Below are positions 18,686 through 26,592 of a DNA stretch of 27,384 nt, one piece after another. A model generated the notes under the pieces. It did not search any database. It saw only the letters and a program-made list of their open reading frames with translations, and had not been told where the DNA came from. The DNA is from Planctomycetota bacterium (GTDB taxonomy: Bacteria; Planctomycetota; GCA-002687715; DRQF01). The translations under genes were made by a program, and so were the position numbers. The stretch lies in contig JALTLO010000015.1 in NCBI GenBank assembly GCA_027001995.1, positions 1-27,384 of the forward strand, read 5' to 3'. Within the stretch, counting starts at the first letter, position 1. The number at the start of each line of letters is the position of its first letter.

Positions 18686-20728
18686 TTACGCCTCTTCCAA
18701 TGCCGCTCTCAACTTGTGGATCGAGCGAACAAGTTCTGAAAACAGCGATCCAGTCAAGGCTTGCTCCTTGTCACAAAGAGCCATGCTGGGGTCGGGATGG
18801 ACTTCAACAATAATGCCATCAGCCCCCACCGCTGCAGCAGCCAGGGCCAAGGGTGTCACTAAGTCCCGGCGCCCAGCAGCATGGGAAGGGTCAACAATAA
18901 CAGGCAAGTGAGTCCTTGACCGTAATACGGGTATGGCCGAGACGTCCAAAGTATTGCGCGTGGCGGTTTCGAAGGTACGAATGCCTCGTTCACACAAGAC
19001 AACCTGATTATTGCCACCTGCCATGATATATTCCGCTGCGTCCAAGAGGTCGCCAACTGTGGCACTCATCCCTCTTTTTAGCAGGACCGGTCGGTGGCAT
19101 TGCCCCAGTTCTTTCAATAGTTCAAAGTTCTGCATGTTGCGGGCACCAACTTGAAGCATAGAAGCACTGGCAGCGACCCGTTCAACAGCATCTGGGGTGA
19201 GCACCTCAGTCACCACGGGAAGATCCATTTGATCTCCGGCTTCACGCAAGAAATCTAGGCCCGCGTACCCCAAACCCTGGAAGGAATAGACGCTTGATCG
19301 CGGCTTGAATGCGCCGCCCCGAAGAATCGCAGCTCCTCTCTCCTTTACTAAGCTCGCCGCAGCAAAGATCTGCTCCCGGCTCTCTACTGCACAGGGACCA
19401 GCGATAAAAGTGAAACCACCCCCACCGATGGTCACATCCCCTACGGTGACGGTTGAACGCTCACCATCGCCGCGGCCTTTGGCCAATGGCGGGCCAGGTA
19501 ATGTCTCACCCATCTCGATTCTATGGGACTCATCCCTATCTCTGCCTTTGTCCTTCAACACCACCGGAATAGATGGGACGTCCCTAGTCCGGGAAGGATA
19601 GGACCCCAAGATTCGAAACTGATTGCAATGGGGACGTGCGGCAGCGATGGCATCAGCGACGCGGCTGTCGTTTTGATGGCCTTCAACATCAACTAAAAAC
19701 ACGTATTCCCAGGGTGAATCAGGCTCGGGACGACTCTCGATGCGGCAAAGATTGACTTCAGACTTGGCGAAACAACTCAAAGCACGAAAAAGAGCCCCAG
19801 GCCGATGAGCCGCATGAAGAATCAAACTCGTCTTACTTGGTAAAGAGGCGTCAGACGTTTCCTGGGTGGTCGCCAGGAGAACGAACCGGGTCATATTATT
19901 GCGCGAATCGGAGAGCTCATCTTGAAGGATCTTAAGACCATAGAACTCAGCAGCTTCTGGTGGACAAAGAACCCCCACTCCAGACTCTTGCGTCTTGGCT
20001 AATTCGGCGGCGGCCCCCGCCGTGTCCGAACGAGGTTGTGCCACAACCCCACTCAAACCATGGAGAAACCGCGTACTCTGAGCCAAGGCCGCCGGATGAG
20101 AGCGCACCTCTTTGATGTCGCTCAGGCGACTATGGGGCAAAGACGCCAAGACATGCTCAACCTGCCAAGTCTCTTCGCCAACGATACAAACTCGCCGTTG
20201 AGTCAAGATTCTATTGACTTCGGGGATTCCACCTATGACCGTGTTCTCTACGGGAAGAAACCCATAGTCGATGGAGCCATGTTCCAAGGAATGAACCACA
20301 GCATCAAAACTCTCATGAGCTACCGTTTCAAATGGGCATGCTCGGACGTCGAACATTTTTCTCGCCCCAAGGTCGCTGTTGCAGAAGGAGGCTCCCTGGA
20401 ATCCAACACGGACAATGGATGGCTCGATACATTGCTTTTCTCTTGACGTAGCGGCTTCCTGGCTGCGTCTGGAGTATTGCAATATCTCCCGCAGGACCCG
20501 GCCCACAAAATGGGAAGAGAGTCCTGCTGCATCGGCTTCCCCACGCCAAGATTCCAACAAACGTGCTTCTCGCGAGGGGTCCCAAATCGGTGAGCCGTCC
20601 TCCGCTTTTATCTCGCCAACTCGCCGGACAGCGTCCATCCTCTTGGCCAACAATTGGACAAAGGAACGATCAAGCTCTTCGATATCAGCTCTGATTTCCT
20701 TCAATCTTGATTTTGGACTTTCGGTCAT
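18686..20728 (-). CDS. trifunctional fusion: chorismate mutase (AroQ) - prephenate dehydratase with ACT domain (PheA) - DAHP synthase (class I-beta / KDO8PS-like core)
   Basis: The N-terminus, [34 protein letters not shown], is an AroQ chorismate mutase helix. The middle, [14 protein letters not shown]...[13 protein letters not shown]...TRFVLLA...[35 protein letters not shown], is the PDT catalytic domain plus the ACT regulatory domain. The C-terminal ~265 aa, [21 protein letters not shown]...[18 protein letters not shown]...[15 protein letters not shown]...[12 protein letters not shown], is a DAHP/KDO8P synthase I-beta core. A GAGGA RBS precedes the start. Confidence 0.9.
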   Translation of the reverse strand: MTESPKSRLKEIRADIEELDRSFVQLLAKRMDAVRRVGEIKAEDGSPIWDPSREARLLESWRGEADAAGLSSHFVGRVLREILQYSRRSQEAATSREKQCIEPSIVRVGFQGASFCNSDLGARKMFDVRACPFETVAHESFDAVVHSLEHGSIDYGFLPVENTVIGGIPEVNRILTQRRVCIVGEETWQVEHVLASLPHSRLSDIKEVRSHPAALAQSTRFLHGLSGVVAQPRSDTAGAAAELAKTQESGVGVLCPPEAAEFYGLKILQDELSDSRNNMTRFVLLATTQETSDASLPSKTSLILHAAHRPGALFRALSCFAKSEVNLCRIESRPEPDSPWEYVFLVDVEGHQNDSRVADAIAAARPHCNQFRILGSYPSRTRDVPSIPVVLKDKGRDRDESHRIEMGETLPGPPLAKGRGDGERSTVTVGDVTIGGGGFTFIAGPCAVESREQIFAAASLVKERGAAILRGGAFKPRSSVYSFQGLGYAGLDFLREAGDQMDLPVVTEVLTPDAVERVAASASMLQVGARNMQNFELLKELGQCHRPVLLKRGMSATVGDLLDAAEYIMAGGNNQVVLCERGIRTFETATRNTLDVSAIPVLRSRTHLPVIVDPSHAAGRRDLVTPLALAAAAVGADGIIVEVHPDPSMALCDKEQALTGSLFSELVRSIHKLRAALEEA
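18689..19471 (-). other. DAHP synthase I-beta catalytic core, about aa 420-680
   Basis: [22 protein letters not shown] and [10 protein letters not shown] motifs. It has no separate N-terminal ferredoxin-like regulatory domain; the CM/PDT/ACT region occupies that position. Confidence 0.6.
19559..20431 (-). other. prephenate dehydratase catalytic plus ACT domain, about aa 100-390
   Basis: PDT blocks and ACT-like C-terminal segment ([32 protein letters not shown] ... VFLVDVEGH). Limits are approximate. Confidence 0.6.
20444..20728 (-). other. chorismate mutase (AroQ) domain of the trifunctional protein, about aa 1-95
   Basis: Helical CM_2-type sequence, [51 protein letters not shown]. Limits are approximate. 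Confidence 0.6.
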
Positions 20729-20782
20729 GATTCATCCTCAAACTGGGCATCCGGCAAAGCTGCTGTCATTTCAGGCAGACAC

Positions 20783-20853
20783 AAAAAAACCCATCCGGTT
20801 GGGGATGGGTTTGTCTGGTTTCGGGCCACGGTCTATGACTAACCAGACAAACC
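20783..20853 (-). terminator. leader structure on the minus-strand transcript: a 13-bp stem-loop immediately followed by a canonical intrinsic terminator (8-bp GC stem plus U7), ending ~55 nt upstream of the CM-PDT-DAHPS start
   Basis: Minus-strand RNA reads GGUUUGUCUGGUU-(20-nt loop)-AACCAGACAAACC CAUCC CCAACC GGAUGGG UUUUUUU. In plus coordinates the terminator hairpin is 20789-20810 and the run 20783-20789. It sits 160 nt downstream of the class I aminotransferase stop (20971) and ~55 nt upstream of the ATG at 20728, so it may be a terminator for the upstream gene, an attenuator for the downstream gene, or both. Confidence 0.5.
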
Positions 20854-20970
20854 TCCACCGCTCAACTCAATAAATCGAGCGCTGGCAAATGGCAACAGGT
20901 TATTTCTTTGCTTGGTCATGCTCAGATGGTGTGAGATTCCCCTTGCCAATGCAAAGAGAATCTAGAAAAA

Positions 20971-22131
20971 CTATTTTCCTGCCATAAATGACTGGAGCCG
21001 CCCCATAGCTTCCTGGAGGCGTTCGTCTGCAAGGCCGCAAGATAGGCGCAAGAACCCAGGAGTACCGAAGGCCGAACCCGGAACAACCTTCAAACCCTCT
21101 TTCTGCAACAAGACAGAAGCGAGAGCACGATCATCAACGACGTCGTTCTGCTCCAACCACCCTTGAACTTGAGGAAAGACATAAAACGCGGCTTCTGGTT
21201 TTCTCAATTCGACACCACCTACCTGGCATAAGGCTTCCCCCACCAATTCCGCACGCCTGCCATAACGACGGCGTTGCTCAAGGACCCACGATTGATCCAT
21301 GCTCAATGCGCAAAGGCCAGCATATTGGGCGGGCATACATGGGTGTGTCGTCGTGGCTTGGGCAAGTTTGGCGAGGGAGTCGATCAACTTCGAAGGCCCC
21401 ACCGCGCAACCAAGGCGAATCCCCGTCATCGAATATGACTTAGAAAAGCTCTCAATGATGATGGTCTGTTCTTTAATTTCTGGAGCAACTTGCAGAAGCC
21501 GTGGAATCTCATCTGCAAATGCCAGCCCGACATAAACCTGATCTGACAAGACCCAAAGGTCATTCTCTTGAGCCAACTGAGCCAAAGCCGTCAAAATCGA
21601 CTCCGGATAAACCAAGCTGGTGGGATTGGAGGGACTATTGATGATGATCGCCTTGGTCCTGGCACTAAAGAGCGAATTGAGAACCTCCAAATTGGGCAAG
21701 AGGTCATCATCAGCCGGGCACACCACCGCTTTCGCCCCACACCACTCCACTTGTTGAATAAATGTAGGCCAATAGGGAGCAAAGACGATCACTTCATCCC
21801 CCGGACTCAATAGACTTCTCAAGGTGTCCATCAAAGCGGGTTTCCCCCCCGCTGTTACTATGACGTTCTCAGAAGAAAAGGAGACTCCGTTTTGCTCCCC
21901 CACAACCTGTGCCAAACTTTCTCGAAGCTGGGGTATCCCCTGAGCCGGCCCATAGCGCAGATGACCGTCCTCAATGGCTTGAGAAAACGCCTTCAGAATG
22001 GGCGCAGCGGGTAATTCCTCGGGTTCACCAACCGCCAAATTGATGGGGTCAGGATGGTCCGTCGCTGCTGCCGCTGCCCCCATGGTGGCAGAAGCAGGAA
22101 TCGACAGAGATAATGCATTCAATTCTGGCAT
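20971..22131 (-). CDS. class I/II PLP aminotransferase (aspartate / aromatic-amino-acid aminotransferase family)
   Basis: SFSKSYSMTGIRLG is the fold-type I aminotransferase Lys motif, as in AspB/TyrB/HisC relatives. The protein is ~386 aa. The track start at 22134 is a TTG; the ATG at 22131 with a GAGGGG RBS is preferred. Confidence 0.85.
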   Translation of the reverse strand: MPELNALSLSIPASATMGAAAAATDHPDPINLAVGEPEELPAAPILKAFSQAIEDGHLRYGPAQGIPQLRESLAQVVGEQNGVSFSSENVIVTAGGKPALMDTLRSLLSPGDEVIVFAPYWPTFIQQVEWCGAKAVVCPADDDLLPNLEVLNSLFSARTKAIIINSPSNPTSLVYPESILTALAQLAQENDLWVLSDQVYVGLAFADEIPRLLQVAPEIKEQTIIIESFSKSYSMTGIRLGCAVGPSKLIDSLAKLAQATTTHPCMPAQYAGLCALSMDQSWVLEQRRRYGRRAELVGEALCQVGGVELRKPEAAFYVFPQVQGWLEQNDVVDDRALASVLLQKEGLKVVPGSAFGTPGFLRLSCGLADERLQEAMGRLQSFMAGK

Positions 22132-22257
22132 CAAAAGCCCCTCAAGAAATTCAAAATGCCCAAGAACGATTGAGCTAATCGAAACTCAGGGACATAGTAT
22201 AAGAAGAAGTCCAAAGTTGGTGAATACTTTGAAATCAGGAAACGGTCTCAGTCAACT

Positions 22258-23310
22258 ATGAGTTCATGGAAATTTGAAACCAGCAGCTCCACCAATTGTT
22301 GCATCTTGGTCACCCCTGGCCAAGCCAGGAACCTCACTGCGGTTTTAGCCCCACAAGACTATGACGGCGTTTTCTTGGTCCATGATGTTGCGATGAGAGA
22401 AATCGCCACAGAAATCGACGATCAACTGAACTGCAGCCTGGTTCATGAGTTGGTTCCCGGGGAGTCAGAAAAGACCTTGGTCACGGTGGGCGAAGTCGCT
22501 GCTCTACTCTTGGCCGCTGGAGCAACTCGCAAATCTCTCATCATCGGCTTAGGAGGCGGCGTCACCTGCGATCTGGTGGCCTTCTTGGCCTCTATCTACC
22601 AACGTGGAATTGCTTGTGCTCTCCTTCCCACCACCATGTTGGCCATGGTAGATGCCTCCGTGGGAGGAAAAAACGGTGTCGACCTCGGTGTCGTCAAAAA
22701 CATGCTCGGCACCATTCGCCAACCCCACCTCATCGTTATTGACCCGAATTTCATCGAGACTTTGCCCGATGAGGAGCTCCGCGATGGGCTGGTCGAAGTG
22801 ATCAAAAAAGCAGCCATCTTGGACAGGAAGATATTTGCTCAGCTCCGAAAATCCGTGGAGGACCTTCGAAACCGAGCCCCAAAGGCCCTCGAATTCACCA
22901 TCAAAGCTGCCATCGAAATGAAATTGGCCGTTGTTCAGAAGGACGAGAGAGAAAGTGGTGTCAGAAAACTGCTCAACTTTGGTCATACGGTTGGCCATGC
23001 CATCGAGTCTCTGTCGGCGTTTTCGATCAGCCACGGTGCCGCTGTCGCCTTGGGTATGAGAATCGAACTTCTCATGGGGCCCACCCCTTTGCCTGCCCTC
23101 CTCCGCTTGCTCAAAGATCTCCATGTGAATCTCGATCTGCCAAGCCAACTCCTGGATCCGGTTGCGCTTTGGAAGGTGATGCTCAAAGACAAGAAGAACC
23201 AGAACAACCAAGTCCACATGGCCGTACCAACCGCTCTTGGATCTGGAGCCCTTCTGTCAATCGAAGAAAACGACTTGGCTCGGGCTGTTAGCGACCTCAA
23301 GGGAGAAACG
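22258..23310 (+). other. 3-dehydroquinate synthase domain (approximate limits)
   Basis: DHQS glycine-rich NAD-binding motif and the metal-binding His blocks (FGHTVGHAIE). Confidence 0.6.
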
Positions 23311-25071
23311 AAGGTATTACGCCCGCTCCTGGGCCCCTTCGACTTAAGCCTCAAACTCCCAGGATCCAAATCTGTTGCCAACCGAGCCATTGTTTTGGCC
23401 GCTCTTTCGATGAGACAAACTCGTATCAGAAACGCCACACCCTGTGAAGATGTCCTGGCATTGGTGAATGGCTTGAGAGCCCTCGGCTTCGATGTGCAAT
23501 GGGTGGACAAGGAATCCGGTTGTTTGGTGATTCAAGGAGGAATTCCCCAAAGTCTTTCTCAGCCAGATCCTGTCACCATCAACTGCGGAAACGCCGGCAC
23601 TGCCCTCAGATTCCTCACGTCGATAGCAGCGTTAGTCCCCGGTCAATGGATCTTGACGGGCAACAAGCACATGCAGAAACGGCCAATCAAACCGCTGGTT
23701 GATGCCTGGGAAAAATTGGGAATCCAAATGTCAGCTCCCAGCGGATGCCCCCCCATCACCATCACCGGCGGTAGGCCAGTAAGCAATCAAGTGGCACTCG
23801 ACGCCAGCATCAGCAGTCAGTTTCTTTCTTCACTCCTCTTAGTAGCTTCCCAAGTCGAAGATGGTCTTCAAATTACTTTGAACAAAGAGCCATCATCCAA
23901 TTCTTACGTCGACATTACCAAGAAGGTCATGGCGCAATTCGGCCAAGAAGTGAACGATCAAGGATTGAAGTTTCATGTGGTCGACTCGCGCCCCAAGCAC
24001 AACTTGGAATTCGAGGTGGAAGGTTGCTGGAGTTCCGCCGGTTTCTTTTTCGCTTTAGCCGACCTCGTTGAGGGTCGCTTTAGGGGGGAGAATCTTAGTG
24101 ACGATTCCCCTCAAGGCGATCGCCTTGTGCCAAGTGTGATCGAGTCGATGAAAACGACCGACCCAATGACCCTCGATGTTTCTCAGATGCCCGATCAATT
24201 GATGAACTTAGCCGTACTGGCGGCAAGAAGATCGGCTCCCACTCATTTCATCGGCGCGAAGAATCTCCGTTTCAAAGAATGTGATCGACTTGCAATCACT
24301 TGTCGCGAACTCAAACGCGCGGGCATCGACGCTCAAGAACACGAAGACGGGATCGATGTCTTAGGCATCATCGACTCCCCCAAGACAATCTGCTTCCACC
24401 CAGAAGACGACCATCGTTTGGCTATGGCATTCACCGCCATAGGCCTGATGCGTTCAGGCTGCACCATGAAACAACCCCACTGCGTCGCTAAGAGTTTCCC
24501 TCGATTCTTCGACATCATCGACGACATCTTTGCTGTCCGCCGCCCCTTGGTTCTTATCGGAATGCCGGCCTCCGGCAAATCAACTTTGGCCGCAAGACTC
24601 AGTACGACTTTAACCCTCCCATGGCAAGACAGTGATGACGTCTTCAAAGATCGACACGGCGATATTTGCACCTTCGTCCTATCTCATGGCTGGAATCGTT
24701 TCCGCGCCTTAGAACAAGAGATATGCCAAGAGCTTCTGGAAACAGAAGGCATCATCGCATTGGGAGGAGGCGCTTTGGAGTGCCCACAGACCGCCCTTCT
24801 CTGCCGAGAGAAAGCCTTCGTCATTTGGCTCAACGAAGACCTCAGAACAATTCGCAATCGTTTGGAACAGCCCAGCAATACCCGTCCGCCGCTCACATCC
24901 AAGAGCCCAGCGGATGAGATTCAGTTCTTGGACCAAAAACGAAGACCCGTGTTCGAAAAAGTGAATCACCTCAAGGTCCCAGGAGGTTTGTCGTCAATAG
25001 ACCAAGAAAAACACGTTCTCCTGATGCTTGAGAAGAGATTCCAATGGCCTCGGACCTCAGCCGCCAAATGA
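22258..25071 (+). CDS. trifunctional fusion: 3-dehydroquinate synthase (AroB) - EPSP synthase (AroA) - shikimate kinase (AroK), in the same domain order as the first three domains of eukaryotic AROM
   Basis: aa ~1-350 is DHQS-like: GLGGGVTCDLVAFLA, DASVGGKNG, NFGHTVGHAIE. aa ~352-760 is EPSPS-like: LKLPGSKSVANRAIVLAAL near its N-terminus, NCGNAGTALRFL, and HRLAMAFTAIGL near its C-terminus. aa ~761-937 is shikimate kinase-like: LVLIGMPASGKSTLA Walker A, then LGGGA. Confidence 0.9.
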   Translation: MSSWKFETSSSTNCCILVTPGQARNLTAVLAPQDYDGVFLVHDVAMREIATEIDDQLNCSLVHELVPGESEKTLVTVGEVAALLLAAGATRKSLIIGLGGGVTCDLVAFLASIYQRGIACALLPTTMLAMVDASVGGKNGVDLGVVKNMLGTIRQPHLIVIDPNFIETLPDEELRDGLVEVIKKAAILDRKIFAQLRKSVEDLRNRAPKALEFTIKAAIEMKLAVVQKDERESGVRKLLNFGHTVGHAIESLSAFSISHGAAVALGMRIELLMGPTPLPALLRLLKDLHVNLDLPSQLLDPVALWKVMLKDKKNQNNQVHMAVPTALGSGALLSIEENDLARAVSDLKGETKVLRPLLGPFDLSLKLPGSKSVANRAIVLAALSMRQTRIRNATPCEDVLALVNGLRALGFDVQWVDKESGCLVIQGGIPQSLSQPDPVTINCGNAGTALRFLTSIAALVPGQWILTGNKHMQKRPIKPLVDAWEKLGIQMSAPSGCPPITITGGRPVSNQVALDASISSQFLSSLLLVASQVEDGLQITLNKEPSSNSYVDITKKVMAQFGQEVNDQGLKFHVVDSRPKHNLEFEVEGCWSSAGFFFALADLVEGRFRGENLSDDSPQGDRLVPSVIESMKTTDPMTLDVSQMPDQLMNLAVLAARRSAPTHFIGAKNLRFKECDRLAITCRELKRAGIDAQEHEDGIDVLGIIDSPKTICFHPEDDHRLAMAFTAIGLMRSGCTMKQPHCVAKSFPRFFDIIDDIFAVRRPLVLIGMPASGKSTLAARLSTTLTLPWQDSDDVFKDRHGDICTFVLSHGWNRFRALEQEICQELLETEGIIALGGGALECPQTALLCREKAFVIWLNEDLRTIRNRLEQPSNTRPPLTSKSPADEIQFLDQKRRPVFEKVNHLKVPGGLSSIDQEKHVLLMLEKRFQWPRTSAAK
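23311..24540 (+). other. EPSP synthase (3-phosphoshikimate 1-carboxyvinyltransferase) domain (approximate limits)
   Basis: LPGSKS.ANR motif plus C-terminal DHRLAMAF-type block. Confidence 0.6.
24541..25068 (+). other. shikimate kinase domain (approximate limits)
   Basis: GMPASGKST P-loop about 15 aa after the EPSPS C-terminal block. The ~175-aa size fits AroK. Confidence 0.6.
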
Positions 25072-25145
25072 ATTGGGGTGAGAATCGCCCACCGAAGAGA
25101 TGAAGGAGTCGGGTCACTCCTTCCCTAAGGACAAAGAGAAACCAA

Positions 25146-25763
25146 CTAAGAACTTGCTGCTAACAGCAGCGCTTTTTTGAGTTTGAATTTGAAAGCATTC
25201 AAGTCTTCTTGTTCAAGATCATGACAACCATGCAGTCGCAAGTAAGCATGGACAGCCAACCCCGTCGGCAAGAAAATCGCTTTCTTCCAGGCCTTCTGTG
25301 CCAAGCCGCGAAAAACGGTTTTCTCAATGAGGCTATTGGTGCCAAACGTCTGAACGAGCACAGCCCCTTTGTCGCCGAGCAGCCCCTTAGGCGAGCCCCC
25401 TTCGTCCTGGGCAATGGCAATTCCTTCTACCAAAATACGATCGACCCAGCCCTTCAAGATTGCTGGCATGCTAAACCACCAAACAGGATGAAGAAAAACG
25501 ATGATATCCGCCCACTGAACATCTTCAGCATAGCTATGTGCCAAAGGATCATCGGACTTTCTGGGCGCCCCCGCGACCATCTCGTCTTTTCCGAGCCGCA
25601 AGACAGGATCAAACCCATCTTCCAAGAGATCGTGAAGACGACAAAGAAAGCCAGCCTGCGCTAATTCATCGCAGACAAAATCCCGCAACTCACAACCTAA
25701 GCCCGTCCTTCGCCCATGACCGAAGACGACAAGGAAACGTTTTTTCCTCTCTTCGACCACCAT
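25146..25763 (-). CDS. flavodoxin-fold NAD(P)H dehydrogenase (quinone)-like protein (Flavodoxin_2 / NQO1-MdaB-KefG-like)
   Basis: LVVFGHGRR at the N-terminus and IIVFLHPVWWFSMPAILKGWVDRIL are typical of the FMN-dependent NAD(P)H:quinone oxidoreductase family. A GAGGG RBS precedes the start. Confidence 0.75.
   Translation of the reverse strand: MVVEERKKRFLVVFGHGRRTGLGCELRDFVCDELAQAGFLCRLHDLLEDGFDPVLRLGKDEMVAGAPRKSDDPLAHSYAEDVQWADIIVFLHPVWWFSMPAILKGWVDRILVEGIAIAQDEGGSPKGLLGDKGAVLVQTFGTNSLIEKTVFRGLAQKAWKKAIFLPTGLAVHAYLRLHGCHDLEQEDLNAFKFKLKKALLLAASS
25156..25178 (+). terminator. candidate plus-strand terminator for the AroB-AroA-AroK gene, lying inside the 3' coding end of the convergent minus-strand gene
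   Basis: gctgct-aac-agcagc is a 6-bp stem with a 3-nt loop, followed by gctttttt (T6 at 25173-25178). On the minus strand the same bases encode KALLLAASS* of the flavodoxin-fold protein. The hairpin is short, so confidence is low. Confidence 0.35.
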
Positions 25764-25829
25764 AAGGAACCCTCGTGAACGGCTAAGATCTTCTCAAGCG
25801 TAGAGAGAGTAGCTCTCGCCGTCAGCCAC

Positions 25830-26495
25830 TTACACAGCCTTCGGAAAAAGAATGTTGTTCTCAAGGTGAATATGCTGGTGCAAGGAATCCTCCAATGCTT
25901 CCAGCCCTTTCCACAGAGCTCGCCATGTATTGCAAGCCTCCGCTGGAACCTGGAAATCATCAGTCAGCACACGCACACGACGAAGAGCTTCTCCTGCGGC
26001 ACTGTGCTCAGATTCAAGGATATCTACTGGTAGGCGGATTTTCTCTTTGTCGCCTTTAAGAATCAAAGGAAAGAGATCTTCTTCTTCCTTCACCAAGTGC
26101 TGTTCAAGTTCCGTTGCTAACCACTCCACGACCTTGTGCAGTTCAGCCAAACGTTCCGGATCTTTTTCGCCGTGAACTGAATGAACTTTCGCTGCCATTT
26201 GCAGAAGGCGAGGCAATTCTTCCTTCAAGGGCACATGGTAGACCGTGAGAATATGATCAATGAGTTCAGCGGGTTTGGCGTCATCCCAGCGTTGAGCGTT
26301 CGCGGGTGAATCGGCTAACTCACGTTCGATTTCGCTGACAACAAGCTCAACATCAACGCCTTCTTTCTTGCACGCTTCTGCCAAAGGGATGCCCCCTCCA
26401 CAGCAGTAATCGATACCTCGACGATGAAAAACGCGGGTGGCGAGGGGGTATTGGGCGGCGATTTCGCCGACAGCGTGGGTTGCGTCAAAACTCAT
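25830..26495 (-). CDS. ytfE: iron-sulfur cluster repair di-iron protein (RIC/YtfE/ScdA family)
   Basis: The N-terminal ScdA_N domain, VGEIAAQYPLATRVFHRRGIDYCCGGG (cf. E. coli YtfE ...FRKYDMDYCCGG), is followed by a hemerythrin-like domain with ESEHSAAGE, ACNTWRALW and HIHLENNILFPKA, which align block-by-block with YtfE. A GGAGAAGGAG RBS precedes the start. Confidence 0.85.
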   Translation of the reverse strand: MSFDATHAVGEIAAQYPLATRVFHRRGIDYCCGGGIPLAEACKKEGVDVELVVSEIERELADSPANAQRWDDAKPAELIDHILTVYHVPLKEELPRLLQMAAKVHSVHGEKDPERLAELHKVVEWLATELEQHLVKEEEDLFPLILKGDKEKIRLPVDILESEHSAAGEALRRVRVLTDDFQVPAEACNTWRALWKGLEALEDSLHQHIHLENNILFPKAV

Positions 26496-26592
26496 GAAAA
26501 CTCCTTCTCCTGTCTGATCACAGGATTAAGCAAGGGCTTGGGTGTCGTGTTCGATTGTAAGAACACCTGGGCCCCAACCCAATTCGATCAGG

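Noticed and set aside
20839-20919. 26-codon leader ORF (MTKQRNNLLPFASARFIELSGGGLSG) upstream of the CM-PDT-DAHPS gene as a classical Phe-codon attenuator peptide
   Set aside because: It has only two Phe codons and no tandem run of regulatory codons, and no clear RBS, so it does not look like a pheA/pheST-type leader peptide. It is mentioned in the finding only as a positional curiosity, because its stop sits in the first hairpin arm.
20729-20970. T-box riboswitch upstream of the Phe-pathway gene
   Set aside because: The sequence GAGCGGTGGAGG is superficially similar to the T-box core (GGGTGGNACCGCG), but there is no ACCGCG, no specifier-loop context, and the leader is too short (~200 nt with the tandem hairpins). 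I am not confident without an Rfam scan.
22549-23510. Minus-strand ORFs of 222 and 175 aa inside the AroB-AroA-AroK gene
   Set aside because: They are antisense to a gene with three sets of diagnostic enzyme motifs. The translations are Arg/Ser/Gly-rich and low-complexity.
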